From contig NC_058368.1 of assembly GCF_018350175.1 (NCBI RefSeq), positions 156,428,001-156,492,000 on the forward strand: DNA of 64,000 nucleotides, in the 5' to 3' direction. Below are positions 1-12,659 of this stretch, piece by piece (position 1 is the first letter of the stretch; the number at the start of each line of letters is the position of its first letter). The notes under the pieces were generated by a model. The model was not told where the DNA came from. It made no database searches and worked only from the letters and a program-made list of their open reading frames with translations. The translations under genes were made by a program, and so were the position numbers. This DNA is from Felis catus. Its lineage: Eukaryota.

Positions 1-1828
1 AATTTGTGCTAAATTTCCTGTGACTTTTATTTGTGCTAACTTTAAAATTATTTTCTCTTATAATTAAAGCTGTTTCATTTTGCATGAAAGTAAAAAGCAT
101 GTTTTCTTTAGGTGTCTTTCACCCCCTTCCCTCCCCCCCCCAATATATACCCATAAGTGAATGGTTGTATAGCTTGGTAGCTTAAGCAATTTGGTTATTT
201 ATAGTCTTCTCCTGCCCCCTAAAGGCCTTAGTGTGTCTGTTTTAGTGACACCATTTCATAATCAATATGTGTTTCAGTTCTTCCACTTTTTTTTACTATT
301 ACATGTTTACTAAACTATAATGTTCTGTCTCCTAAGTGCTTTATTTTTCTACTCAATCACGTATGTGACATTCGAAGCCAGTATTTGGCCTTGCTTCAAA
401 TGATATAAGCGATGGTAGAGCCATTATTGTATTAAGTCCAGCTCTTTGGAAGAGAATGGGATTATACTGACCAAAGTGAATTTTTCCATGGCTCTTGGTG
501 AAGAATAGTAAATGTATGAGTTTATTGTCATAAGAGAGGAAATCTACTTGTAGGTGAATTTACCACAGCCCTTTCACAGTCACACTTGCACTTACCTTTC
601 CCGTAGTCATATTCTGACTTTGGATCTGTCAGATGGTTTAACACCATCATTATAGTAACTACATTAACTCTTCATTATGAGTTACCCAGTGTTGAGAGAA
701 GTAATTTCAAGAGTTTACTTACATCTCTAAAGCCTTTGTTTACTTTTGGCATCTTGGGTCTATAATTTTCTTGTATTTTTTTTTTAAGAGGGAATCATTT
801 GGTGCAGTTTTTTGAAATAAAACATAATGACGAGACCTACCTAATTTTGATATAGAATTCTCTTTTTTCCATGAAATCAATCACATATTCTCATTGGCTG
901 ATCTTTTATATTAAATACATTTTATATCTAGACCACTACATGTGTTTCATCAGTTTCATCATTAGGAATTTTGGCAGCTTTAATCTATTCTCTGACAACA
1001 TATTCTTCTGTTGTATGTAGGATCCTCTGATCATGTCTTCTAGTACTAAAACCTTTCTATCCCTTATAAAATTTTTATGGCAGAACGCATAAATAATTAT
1101 AGGACTTGACAGAGGGGGGGTACAGAGTACTCAGTGCTATGTAACCAAATACAGAGTCATTTTTCTTTTGCCCTTCCCATATTATCCTTTACTACCCAGG
1201 GGATAAACTCTTGAGTGCTTGCTAAGTAGATATAGATAGGTTTAGCTAGGACCGAAAGATGAAATCTGATTTTGACCCAGAGAAGTTAACGTTTAGTTTT
1301 TTGTGAATCAGTTTTTGTACTAAAAATTGAACATAAGCAGGAATAAGTGAAAAGTGTGATCTGTGGCTATGCAAGGTTTTGTAGTCTTTAATGCAGTCAC
1401 CTATTAGCCATGGAAGGGGACAGTACTTTTTTTGTGTTGGTAAAATTACGATACCTTTAAGACTCTTACACAAAATTGAAGATGAATATATTTTGTTAAT
1501 ATCTTCTGGGAACACTGAAATTTTTAGGTGAAGATGACAATAGATGAAGTTTTACACGCTTCTTTTAAATTTGTAGTTAAATCTATTGTTTATTGAACTA
1601 AGGCTTCTGTTTTTAGGCAAACCTAATTAGGCATTGCCGGAAAGTCTGAGTTTTTTTAATGTACCTTTATTAGGCATTCAGTTCATATAGCCAGTTAATT
1701 TTGTCAACATGAATTAGGACAAATTTGGATTGTAAACAGAGACCTGGATGCTTTTAAAAAATAGAGAAAACAACTGTTAAGCTGCCAAAATAAAAATGTT
1801 TTAACATTGTATGTTTTCTTTTTCCCAG

Positions 1829-2310
1829 GCCCGGTGCTTTTACAGCAGAGGAACTCTAAGGGAGAATTGCCCTTGGATTACGTGCTATCATCTCAAATCA
1901 AGGAGGAACTATTTGCCATTACAAAAATAGAAGATACAGTGGAGAACTTTCATGCACAAACAGAGAAACATTTTTACCACCAGCAACTTGAATTTGGTTC
2001 ATTTTTACTTAGTAGGATGTTGCTAAATTTTTGTTCAATTTTTGATTTATCTTCGGAGTTCCTTTTAGCTTTCAAAGGGTTAACTCATCTAAATGAGCTG
2101 CTTGTGGCTTGTAAGAATTATAAGGAAGCCACCAGTGCTCACACCGACTGGTTATTGGATCTTTATGCTAGAAATATAAAGACATTGCAGACGCTCCCAA
2201 ATATTCTTAAGGAACTGCCTGAGAATGTAAAAGTGTGCCCCGGAGTGCACACTGAGGCCTTATTGGTGACACTGGAAATGATGTGTCGTTCAGTCACAGA
2301 GTTTTCGTGA
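1829..2310 (+). CDS. SLF1: Last coding exon of SMC5-SMC6 complex localization factor 1 (ANKRD32), C-terminal ~160 aa
   Basis: Acceptor ttttctttttcccAG ends at 1828 (phase 1). Translation GPVLLQQRNSKGELPLDYV...LEMMCRSVTEFS* is recognisable as the SLF1 C-terminus. Stop TGA at 2308-2310 is followed by a second TGA. SLF1 is known to lie tail-to-tail with MCTP1. Confidence 0.95.
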
Positions 2311-2786
2311 TGATGCCAAAAACAATGAGTCCACTTTCCAAACGTAGTTAGCTTGCTTTGTCATTTCTCATGGACGTCATAGCTTATTAACAAATAATAA
2401 TTTTATTTATTTATTGACAGAATTTGCAGCTTTGCTGAATTTCAAAAGCACTTAATGAGCTGCTGCAAAACTCTAAATGTAAGCCCCTGACTTTTTCCAT
2501 GTTGTAGAATTTGACTCCGAAGTAAAAAGAGTTTCATTTGGTGTACGCTGTTTTCATTAATCTTTATTATTTCTTGTTCTGAAAATATTTATTTATATTG
2601 TACATGTAAAACATTTTAATTTAAATATTTTTTCAAATCAAAATGTAACATCCTCTGTTCGAGGGATTTGAGGTTTAGAATCATGACAAGGATATTCATG
2701 CATATGTGTACCTATAAGCATGTAGCTACCTGTTTTCTTCTCTGTAGGCTGTTGAGCTAAAATTACTCAGTTTAGTTTTGTTGTAA

Positions 2787-2792
2787 AATAAA
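2787..2792 (+). terminator. Probable SLF1 polyadenylation signal
   Basis: AATAAA about 480 nt after the stop in an AU-rich UTR, followed by T/GT-rich sequence. Further AATAAA at 3375 and 3474. Confidence 0.6.
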
Positions 2793-3699
2793 CATTTCTA
2801 AAATTTACAATAATAATACTCTCTTGGTTTTTAAATGCAGTGAATGTGCCAAGTTTGACAGTTTAATCCCTTGATCTACCTTATTTTAGCAGTTCATGTA
2901 CAGTTTATTTCTACTCCATGTAATCACTATTCTGTAAGTGAAAACATATTGCTACGTACTAAGTTTTACCAAATATCAAGATTATAAGTGGTAACTAAGT
3001 AATAGATTTGAGATTATCTAAAATCTTAATGTGTAGTATGAATTTATGTTTCAATTTGCAGTTTTTTTTCTAACAGCAATTTATGGTAAGACTGAAAGAA
3101 AGGGTGTGGATAATAACCACTTTTGAAATTGGAGTTGCTTTACTTGTGGGAATAAGTTACACTGTGGTACAGCTGAAAAAAAAACATTAAAACTTCCATT
3201 TAGCTTTTTTTTTTGTAACTAAAGTGATGATCTCACAGCAATTAATCTACTAAAGAAGCAAACTTTAGTTTTATCTCGGAAATCTTTTAATAAGATACAA
3301 ATTCTGAGTGTTTTATTACTGGGTTTATAATCTAAACTGAAAACTGCTACATTTCAGCTGCTATATCAGCTCTGAATAAAAATCAAGGTTTCTTTTTCTA
3401 TATTTTTAAATCAGTAATTTTTTACACGTACTGTAAGAAATATTAGTTGTTTCTAGTTAGCCTTCAGATGTGAAATAAAAGCCTCATTAATATTTACTTA
3501 ATCTGCCAGAGTATCAGAGAAAACATGACGCAGCAGAGACTGAGGAACATTAAAATACTCAGAAAGATCTAGTAAAATGTTTCCCAACATGATGAATAAG
3601 GACATTTTTATTCCAGAGAATAGCCACTTTACTTCAGTTGTGAAGGCATTGTGGAATAATTGCTTGGTCAACTAATATAAACTTAAATACATAGTTTTG

Positions 3700-3880
3700 A
3701 GATCTAACAGGCATAGTTACAAATCCCTATTTAATATCTTAATAGCTAAATTATAAGGCAAGTTCCTTTCTGAGCTTTTGTTTTCTTACCTATCAAATGG
3801 AAATAACACCAGGTATTATCTCTGTCGTGATAGAATTGTTAGCCTATCACCTTATATGCCTCTTAGTAAATGTTGCTTCT
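3700..3880 (+). mobile_element. MIR relic
   Basis: ggcaagtt...tctgagc...ttttcttacctatcaaatggaaataac. Confidence 0.6.
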
Positions 3881-6475
3881 TTTCTAACTCTTACCTTCTC
3901 TTTTTAGCTACAATGAATCACTTAAGATAGTAATTGCTTAAATAGGTGATAATTCTAAGTTAATAAAATAATCAGTGCTATGAGTTAGGGTTTTGCACGG
4001 CTAAGAAAAAGTAGTTTTCTAAATTAAATGATGTTAAGAAATATCATTTAGTTGCAATGAGAAGTAATTTTTCATAACCGTCTATCTGCCCACTTTTGCA
4101 AGTCATGATAATGTGAAATATTAAACACTAAAATGCTATTGAGGTCTCTGCCTTTAATCAGGTATCATTGTAGTTTTGCACTGACTCAGAAGTACAACTT
4201 GGCAAACAGATTACTATGTTCTTTGTCCTAGTTAACAATATCAATATATGTATATGAATTTGAACAAATGTATGTGAATTTAAGCCTTCAATGAGAAACT
4301 TGATTTCTAATATTCCTTATGTTTTATTTTAGAAAACAATAATTGCTTCAGATTGATCTTAGAGGTAGATGAAATAGAAATATTAATAAATAAAATTCAT
4401 AGTCTTTTCGAGTCCTGGCTTTTAGTTGTAAATGTTTCAGAGTTCCAACAGCTGAAGGCAAGGCTGAGTTATGCTATTCTTTCTCATACATTGCTAGATT
4501 TAATATCGTAGTTCACTAGATTTGTTTTTAAAAAATCCTATCAAGGCCCTCATTACAAGTGTAAATAAATCCTGGAATAAGATTTCTGAGCTGTTAAGAT
4601 GCGCCCTTCCCCATATGTAATCCCTACAAATATTTGGAATATAAAAGGTTTTAGAATGTTTACTGGTAGCTTCTTAGGAAGGGTCTCTTTGAAGTTAAAA
4701 TTTTCTAGCTTGTTAGTTATTAATTTCCCTATGCAGAATAAAGTGGTCCACGTTTATACATTTTCTGTCATTTCCTTAACTCCAAGATGACCAGAAAAGC
4801 ATTTATCCTTATATAAATCAAATGTGAAATTAATCAGTGTTTTTGTCTCTTGAACACCTACTATATTCCAGGTGGTGTGCTTAACAGGGCTGACTACAAT
4901 AAAAGGAAAAAAAGCTTACAGTCTAGGAAGGTAAACTAGATTGAAATATTGTTACTTTTATTGTCTTCTATATAGGCTGTTGAAAAGCTTTTCAGTTTGT
5001 GTGTTTCTAAAATGTGTAGTATATTAGATCTGAAAGTTTAATCCTTTGGTCATTAGGATTTTAGCAATTCTGTTTTAGAGTGAGTATAATGTGGGGGGGT
5101 GTGCTTTTGCAATCTTAGGGAATTAATACGCATTCCAGGTTAACACAAATGCATTAATGCTAGGATACTTTATATAAACACCAGGAAATGTTTGCCATTG
5201 CTGTCTATGCTATTACAGAAAGTTAAATGAATACCTTCTCATGAAAACCCTATTGCTGGAATGTGCAATCCATATGCCTTTACACACCTTTCCAGTTAAG
5301 TTATGAACTTGATGAGAGCCTGTCACTGTTGCTCCTGAAGCAGTAAGAAAGGGTCATCTTTGAGTGACATGAGGCTCTCTTTCCCTCAGGCATTTATCAC
5401 GCAGCTTCCACGCCAATCTCACCTCCTGCTGACGTGGAGCTTGCAAAATTCTGAATGATAATTGTTTTTATAACAAATGTGGATTGAGTTAGAAAGGTTG
5501 GGGGATGGCATTATTGGAATTAGGCTGTGTCTGGTGTTGTCAAAGTGTAGACATCAGTTCCATGGAAACATTGAATACTTAACTCTTTCTTGTAAATCAA
5601 ATCATGTTATCAAAAAATTAACCTTTTGGGTTGAAATGAATTGTGGTGGGAGGATATTCTCTGGCAATTATTTGCTCTGACTCAGAATTAGAAATTATTA
5701 GACTAAATTAATTGGAAAAGGTTGTGGGATTGTTTCTACTTGGTTCCAAAGCATGTATTTTCCAACTATTGCAAATTTTACTGAAAGAAGACCTTTTTCA
5801 GATGACACAAAAGATTTTTACCATCATGGATCACTAGATTTTTTAAAAAGTTTCTCGTTTTCAGTAAGTGCTAGTCTTTGAATCATGCTTTCCAGTTCAT
5901 GAAAACCTGAAGCAACAAACGCCCATAAACATCTTTGTTTCTTGAGACCCATGAATTTATGTGAATTGTTAAGAAGGGGGGGAAGACATACTAAATTAAT
6001 TGAGAATAGAGGCTTCTTAATGTTTCCCAATCACAAATCCAAAATGATTAGCTGTTTATCACAGAGGAGTCTGCTGTTTGGGAGTACTTTTGTGTTATAA
6101 GCAAAATTATAATCTGATATATAGATATTTTCCAATATTTTGTATGTTTGAATTAATTACTATAGGCCTTTTTTTTTTTAAGTGTAAGTGTATAGTTTTT
6201 GTTATAAATTCACTTACACTCTGTGTTTAAAAAAAAAACTAAAACATAACTCTTAGGACTAGATATACGTGATTTTTTTTATAATGTTGTCTTTGTACTG
6301 TTGAATATATATATTTTTTCTTGTTTAAAACAGAAATAGAGTGAACATATCTGGGTTTTTAAACTGCTTTCCTGAAATAAGATCCAGTAGTATTAAATTG
6401 GAAGGTAACCAGTAATCAGTTATTATAAAACCAATACTCCTAATAAAATAAGTATATGATATAATTTGTAGATCT

Positions 6476-6539
6476 ATGTAGTGTGTGTGTGTGTATATAT
6501 ATGTATATATGTATATATATGTGTGTGTGTGTGTGTGTA
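6476..6539. repeat. Compound (GT)n/(AT)n microsatellite
   Basis: Directly visible. Confidence 0.95.
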
Positions 6540-8164
6540 GCTTATAACATGTAACATTGCTCTTAGTATAGACCAAAAAATAAAAGTTGCTTATTCAAGC
6601 ATTTACAATTAGCTGTCTCCAATTACAACTGACACAAACATTTCCTCCAATTTTTTATCATGGTCTCCAAATCTTGTTAGGATATGAAACCCAGATTTGG
6701 TAAATACAATCTCCTTCCTTTCAAAAGCATCTGAATTGGAGCAAATGAACATTTATGCATAATGGGTGTTAAACATTAATAGAGAATGGCTAACTGCTTT
6801 GGAACATAGGATTTAGTTCTACTGAAGAATGTGGGTTTTTTTTTTTTTTTTTTAATGTAGTTAGGAATTCCAGCAGGTAAATTGCACTGAACAGAAAATC
6901 TGGAATCCAGCTTTGAATTTACACCTATTATACTATCATTTATCTTAATAGTAGATGAACTGAAATTTCCAATGATTCTCCATTTTTTTCTGTCCTCAAA
7001 ATGAAATAGTCCGGTTGAAAAAATCATTAATCTTCAAGTGGTGACAGATAAAAAGGACTTAGTTTGTTGTCAGTACTTCTCAACTTAAAGGTTAGGTCAG
7101 CAATGGCTTATATCATGACACTGATAAATTTTTCTAATGACCAGAATAGTTTGATTTATAATAGTTTTTTGTTTTTGTTTTAAGGAATATGTATCTTTGC
7201 TATCTGACTCCATCCTAAAGATGCATTTCTCTATTTTGCGTTCTTTCTTTTTTTACAACATAGAGGTGAAATGACAGAGCAATAAGTAATACTCAGTAAA
7301 ATTAAAATAAGCATTTTAAGAGCTTTTCATGAATTTTTAAAAGCATAATTGTAAAGATGAAAACTGGGCAAAGGGCTAAGGGGAAAATGGTCAGGAGTCT
7401 TTGTGGTTTAAAGGACTCAAGAGGGTAAAGATTTCTGTTGACTGAGAAGTTAATGAAAGTATAAAATCAGACAAAAAGCATATAGGCAGATTTCCTAATC
7501 TCAGGAATAAACTAATCTATCTTTGAAATTTTTGAATAATGTTCATTAACCAAAGGGTCAAGATAATTGTTTTGTTTGAGGGTCTTTTACTCCATTAAAA
7601 ATAAAGGAGAATCAAAATCCCTGGTTTACTGGTATTATCAGAAATAGGCTATCTTGACTAGCAATATTCAGGCCTTTCTTCAAGGTTAGGCCAATCTAGT
7701 TTCTTTCCCCATGACTTCAGTTCCTTTACTCTTCCTTGCACAATACTTGTAAGTTCATAGTCATGTTATTGGAGGAAATGGGCTTAAGGAGAGGTTGAAA
7801 GCCATTTACAAAAAAAATGGTTAGACTGGTTTTCTCTCAATGCCATTTTTCTTGACTAATTTTAGTTCTTTTTTAAAAATAGGATGTAATTAAAAATTAA
7901 ATGTAATTAAAAATTAAGTAAAATTACGTAGGGGAATATATTATAAGCAAATATGTTGCTAATAGTGGTTGTATTTGTGATAGAATTTCGAATTATTTTC
8001 TTCACTTCTCCAAGTTTCTTTGTAACATGGTTCATATTTATAATGCCAGTAACTCATTTATTTTTTAAAGTAATGCTCCTAACATAGGAATCAAGTCTTG
8101 AAATTTTTCTAAAGCTCTTAATCAAAATGGCATCTACTGGATTTTTAAAATATAAAGTATATCT

Positions 8165-8362
8165 GTGATGCCTGGAGGCTCAATTGGTTGAGCATCCCAC
8201 TCTTGATTTTGGCTCAGGTCACGATCTCAAGGTTCACGAGATCAAGCCCCACATGAGGCTCTGTGCTGTCAGCATGGAGCCTGCTTGGGATTTTCTCTCT
8301 CCTTCTCCCTACCCCTTCCCTGCTTATACACACACCTAAAAATAAATAAACATTAACAAAAT
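8165..8362 (+). mobile_element. CanSINE (older feliform type)
   Basis: tRNA-like head, ggctcaggtcacgatctc, CT tract, A tail, degenerate TSD aaaatataaag. Confidence 0.92.
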
Positions 8363-11300
8363 AAAATATAAAGCACGTTTCTAAAACACGCCATTTTTCT
8401 TCAGTGAAGGATACAATTAAATACAGTACCATCTAATGTAGATCTCAAAAAAATATATGTGGACTGTATGCCTCACCCCACCTTTGATTGTGAATCATTT
8501 TACTCATCATTTTACTGATAAATGCTGCTTCAGTCTTCTATTCGAAGCCTCTTCCAAGTAGTGTTTAGGGTGGGGTCATTAGGAAGATTCTTAAATTGTT
8601 AAAGATTAAACTTCTTCATGTAGAAACCTTGTGGAGTCATGATAACATAGCTTCACTATGAGCCTTTTCTGATTTTAGAAGTATTCATGGAACCTGAAGA
8701 ATTACTTTTCTGATTGTTTTGTTGTTGTTATTGTTTTTTTCAGATTCAACACCAAAAAAAGGAGGGAGAAACTAAGAATCAAGGCTGTAGCTTAAATGCA
8801 TTTGAAGGGAGTTTACTACTGTGTTACTGGGCATTTTTTTTCTTGTATCATCAACAGACTTGGAAAAAACTCACTTTTTACTATAGATTTTATTCTATAC
8901 AACATTAATGCAGATACAAGCAGCCAGTGTCTACTGAGAGAATTCTTACCCTCTTCTCCAGAGCATATTATTTTGCACCTCTTCTGTGAAGGCTAGGAGA
9001 ATGATTGCTTGTAAGGTACTATTTTAATAGTACAATTCAAAATAGAATATTTTAACAATTACTTTATATGAATTCTGTGGATACCTGTAATGTAACCATA
9101 ATGCAGTGGTGAGTATTCCAGTAATTGTTTTTGGAGGGAGATTTCTCACCTGCTTGTCCGGTTTGTCACAGTCACGGGAAGTCATCCGTTATCAAGTACT
9201 TCTGTGTTCTCCGTATCAGCTTCTAGTGCCACGAGAGGGGTGTGTACCTGCTGCCCCACCCCACAAGAGTTAGTGTGCCTGACTCTTGGCTATCATGTGC
9301 CAGATGTTTTGTGCTAACCCCCCAAAAAGGTTTTCTCTGTTAAATCTGAAAATGCATTTTTTTTTTATCCTACAGGGAAATTTTTAAAGTAGTGTTCAGT
9401 AACTTCAAATGAATAAGATGGACCGTCACATTGATCTATTTTAAAACTACTTTTTCAAACATATGAAGTATTTGACTTTTCCCAGTGGGTTCCCATGTAC
9501 TTCAAAGACCCTGCTGTAGTTTGCTAGTTCTCTGTGTTAATAGAATCTTCCATGTAAGAGTTCCACATCAAAGGCAAGGAGTAAGTATACCATCGTGTAA
9601 GATTGGGTCAGAACTTGGGTCAGTTACCTATCGTGTTACACAACAGAGTCAACAAAAGCACAAACATTATCCCTCTCTGTATAATAGAAAATAGACACAT
9701 AAGTCTTTATCAAATTTTTCTGAGAGTTTATAAGTTCTTGACACCAATAAGTTGTTTTCTGTGATTTCAGTATTACAGGTTACACAGATTTTGTCTTGTA
9801 ACAAAATTTTGCTGTACAAAGGAGGAATGTTTTGTGCGAATGATGTAGAGTTTAGTTGTAAGGTTTCCAGTTCTCTGAATGGCTTTATTAAAAGATCTCT
9901 GAACTTGGGACACACATGGGTATTTCCTCCCTCTCAGCCCTCTTCTGTAGTCCAGCTGCCTCAGTAATTACTCTTGACTGTTGTCTCAGGTGGGTCTCCT
10001 GTAATCAAGAGACACTTAAGCATGGTTGGGGCCAGGTGTGCACGTCTCTATGCTGTGAGCCTTCCCCTAAACTTGTTACCATTTGAATTTTAGCAAAATA
10101 AAATGTCTCAAGTTGACTCATGCCTTTGTGAAGCTTGTCTTTGATAATAAGTGGAACTGAGTCTATATTATCATCTTGGCACAACAGCAGCAACCAGCCA
10201 GCTCTTGGAATCTCTCGTGCTTTCCTCCTAAGAAAACAAGAGGTGGTTTGCATGTTCCTTCATTGACTCAGGTTGGTCACTCCTTTTCTCTCTTGAAGGA
10301 ACACTGGAGAATCTCCGGCAGGGGAGAATTATGTTGCATTTTTACTTTTGCTACAAACTGAGAAAACTTTGGCACAGCTACTTACCTATTTCTGTTCTCC
10401 TTAATACAAATAAAACATTCATCTTAATATACTAATGCTGTTAATTGACTAGAGCAGAAGAGCAGTGCCATTAGATACTTTTTTAAAAACGGAGTTTCAC
10501 GATTGTTCAGTAACATTTGGAGATACAACCATCATATAGATAAAAAACCGTCTACAGAAATACTGCTTGTGCATTTGAAGGACCACTTCTATGCTATTAA
10601 TTTAAAATGCAAAGGAAGAAGATCTTGATAAATTGAAATCATTTGAGACCACTTACATATTTGATTATTGCACTTTTTTGATTCCAAGCACAAATCCCCT
10701 TGGAAATGTGGGTATATAATCATTAACTTCCAGCAAACCATTCACAGTGGTGTTAGTTTCTGCAGCAAGTGACCACTTTGGACATTTAATGTTTGGTTGT
10801 TTTTTTTGTTTTTGTTTTTGCATAGTATTCTTATATAACAAGAGATTTTGTTTGGTGTTTAATCTCAAAGATTCAGCTGAAATAACTTTTACAATGTGAC
10901 TGCCACTGTACAAATGTAGAAACTGAGTCATAAGAGATAACATTTTCTCTCCAAAAAAAAGAATGGTTTATGTTTTTTTCTTTCAGTGAGTTACATCAGT
11001 CATCCTGGGAAAGAGAATTATAATTGAAAGGAATGACACTATTGTAAGTATTCATTACATTTTTTATGTAGTTTTAATTCATACTTGACTGAGCAATTAG
11101 AAAAGTCTGGTTCCAGATACTCTAATCAAACAAATGAATTGGCATCTGTATACATACACATACTCACACATGACATTTAAAGCCCCGAATTTAAATAAGC
11201 ATCACTTTAATAATATCTGAAACTCTTGCAAAAAATATAATGGTGGCTGTCTTTACTCTCTTACATAAAACTTCTGCATAAGACTAGTCAATACAAAATT

Positions 11301-11595
11301 AGACCACTTACAGCATTACAGACATTTGGATATTAAAATGGAAAAATAAGTTCCCATGGTCCCTGGGTAAGAGAGTTTACTACTAAATTTTTTTCATTTT
11401 TAAATATAGAATAAAGTTCTATAAAAGATACTTTCCAGAAACCTGTCAATTAAATTTTGTTCTTACCTACTTTAGCTCCAGATTTGATTTTAATATACTG
11501 TCATTGGTTGGATCATTGCTTGTGACAGGCAAATCATATAATTAGGTACTTAATAAATGTATCACAAAGCAGAGTTGCTTAAAAAAAAATCTTTT

Positions 11596-11794
11596 ATTTT
11601 TTAATTTTTTAATGTTTATTTTTGAGAGAGAGACAGAGACAGAGCACAAGCCATGGGAGGGGCGAATCTGAAGCAGGCTTCAGGCTCTGAGCTGTCAGTA
11701 CAGAGCCCAACGTGGGGCTCGAACTCATGAGCTGCAAGATCATGACCTGAGTTCCAGTCAGGCACTTAACTGACTGAGCCACCCAGGTGCCCCC
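11596..11794 (-). mobile_element. CanSINE (SINEC_Fc-like)
   Basis: Ends tgactgagccacccaggtgcccc; perfect 15-bp TSD aaaaaaaaatctttt at 11581-11595 and 11808-11822. Confidence 0.93.
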
Positions 11795-11822
11795 ACCTCC
11801 CCCCGCCAAAAAAAAATCTTTT

Positions 11823-11934
11823 GGGGCGCCTGGCTGGCTCAATTGGTGGAGCATGAGACTGATTTCAGGATTGTGAGTTTTCAGAGCCCCAGTTTGGGTG
11901 TAGGGATTACTTAAAAATAAAATCTTTAAAAAAA
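11823..11934 (+). mobile_element. Short tRNA-like CanSINE lacking the CT tract
   Basis: ggggcgcctggctggctca...gattacttaaaaataaaatcttt. Confidence 0.9.
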
Positions 11935-12659
11935 TTTTTCAACTCAGATTATCCTAGTGTATTCTATGGTTCAAATGTAATTTGTAATCCCTATAGCATC
12001 TGTCAGTTTGAGTCTGTGGAACAATACCAAAATGAACAAGTATTACATTCTTTTTATAAATGAAAAAGAAATTTAATATGCTTTTCTTAGGAATTACCAC
12101 AATTATTGGCAATAATACTTTCCCATGTGAATGACCTTTAGTGAGTTTACTCACTAAAAGATACTGAGGAAGGTATTAATAGTTGACAAGATTACTGTCT
12201 TTAGCAGTCTAACACCTATTCGGAGTGACATTTAATCTCTTAAATATATCTTGACATATTTACATGGAAAATCTTTAAAAACTAAAGTTAAACAGCTTTC
12301 AAAAGGCAAAACTGTACCTATGTGAGAAGGGGAAAGAAATAGTTCAAATTTTATTAGACACAGTATCTTCTTTTCAGCCTGTGAATGTAGTACTTTTGAA
12401 AGCAATGAAGATCCCTCTGAATATCATTTCATGCCTCAAGATAGTTCTTCCTCTTCTATCAACTTCATTCCATGCTCAGTCCTTTAAAGGCATTGAGTTT
12501 CATACAACAATAGGGTTTTGGCGAAGGTCCTATGTGTGCAAACCAAACCAAGTTCCTCTAAGTGAAGTGTCATTTGTAAGAATATGCAAACAATCCTCCA
12601 GCATTCCTCTCTCTACCACCACCACAGGAAAAAAAAAAAAAGAGTACAGATTATACTTA

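Noticed and set aside
1807..1828. ORF-track N-terminus MYVFFFP of the 167-aa ORF
   Set aside because: It is the intron's polypyrimidine tract read from a TTG; the exon starts at 1829.
7884..7917. Exact 17-bp tandem duplication atgtaattaaaaattaa
   Set aside because: Ordinary slippage in AT-rich DNA.
9100..10350. Possible old DNA-transposon or pseudogene relic
   Set aside because: No family or protein similarity could be identified by eye.
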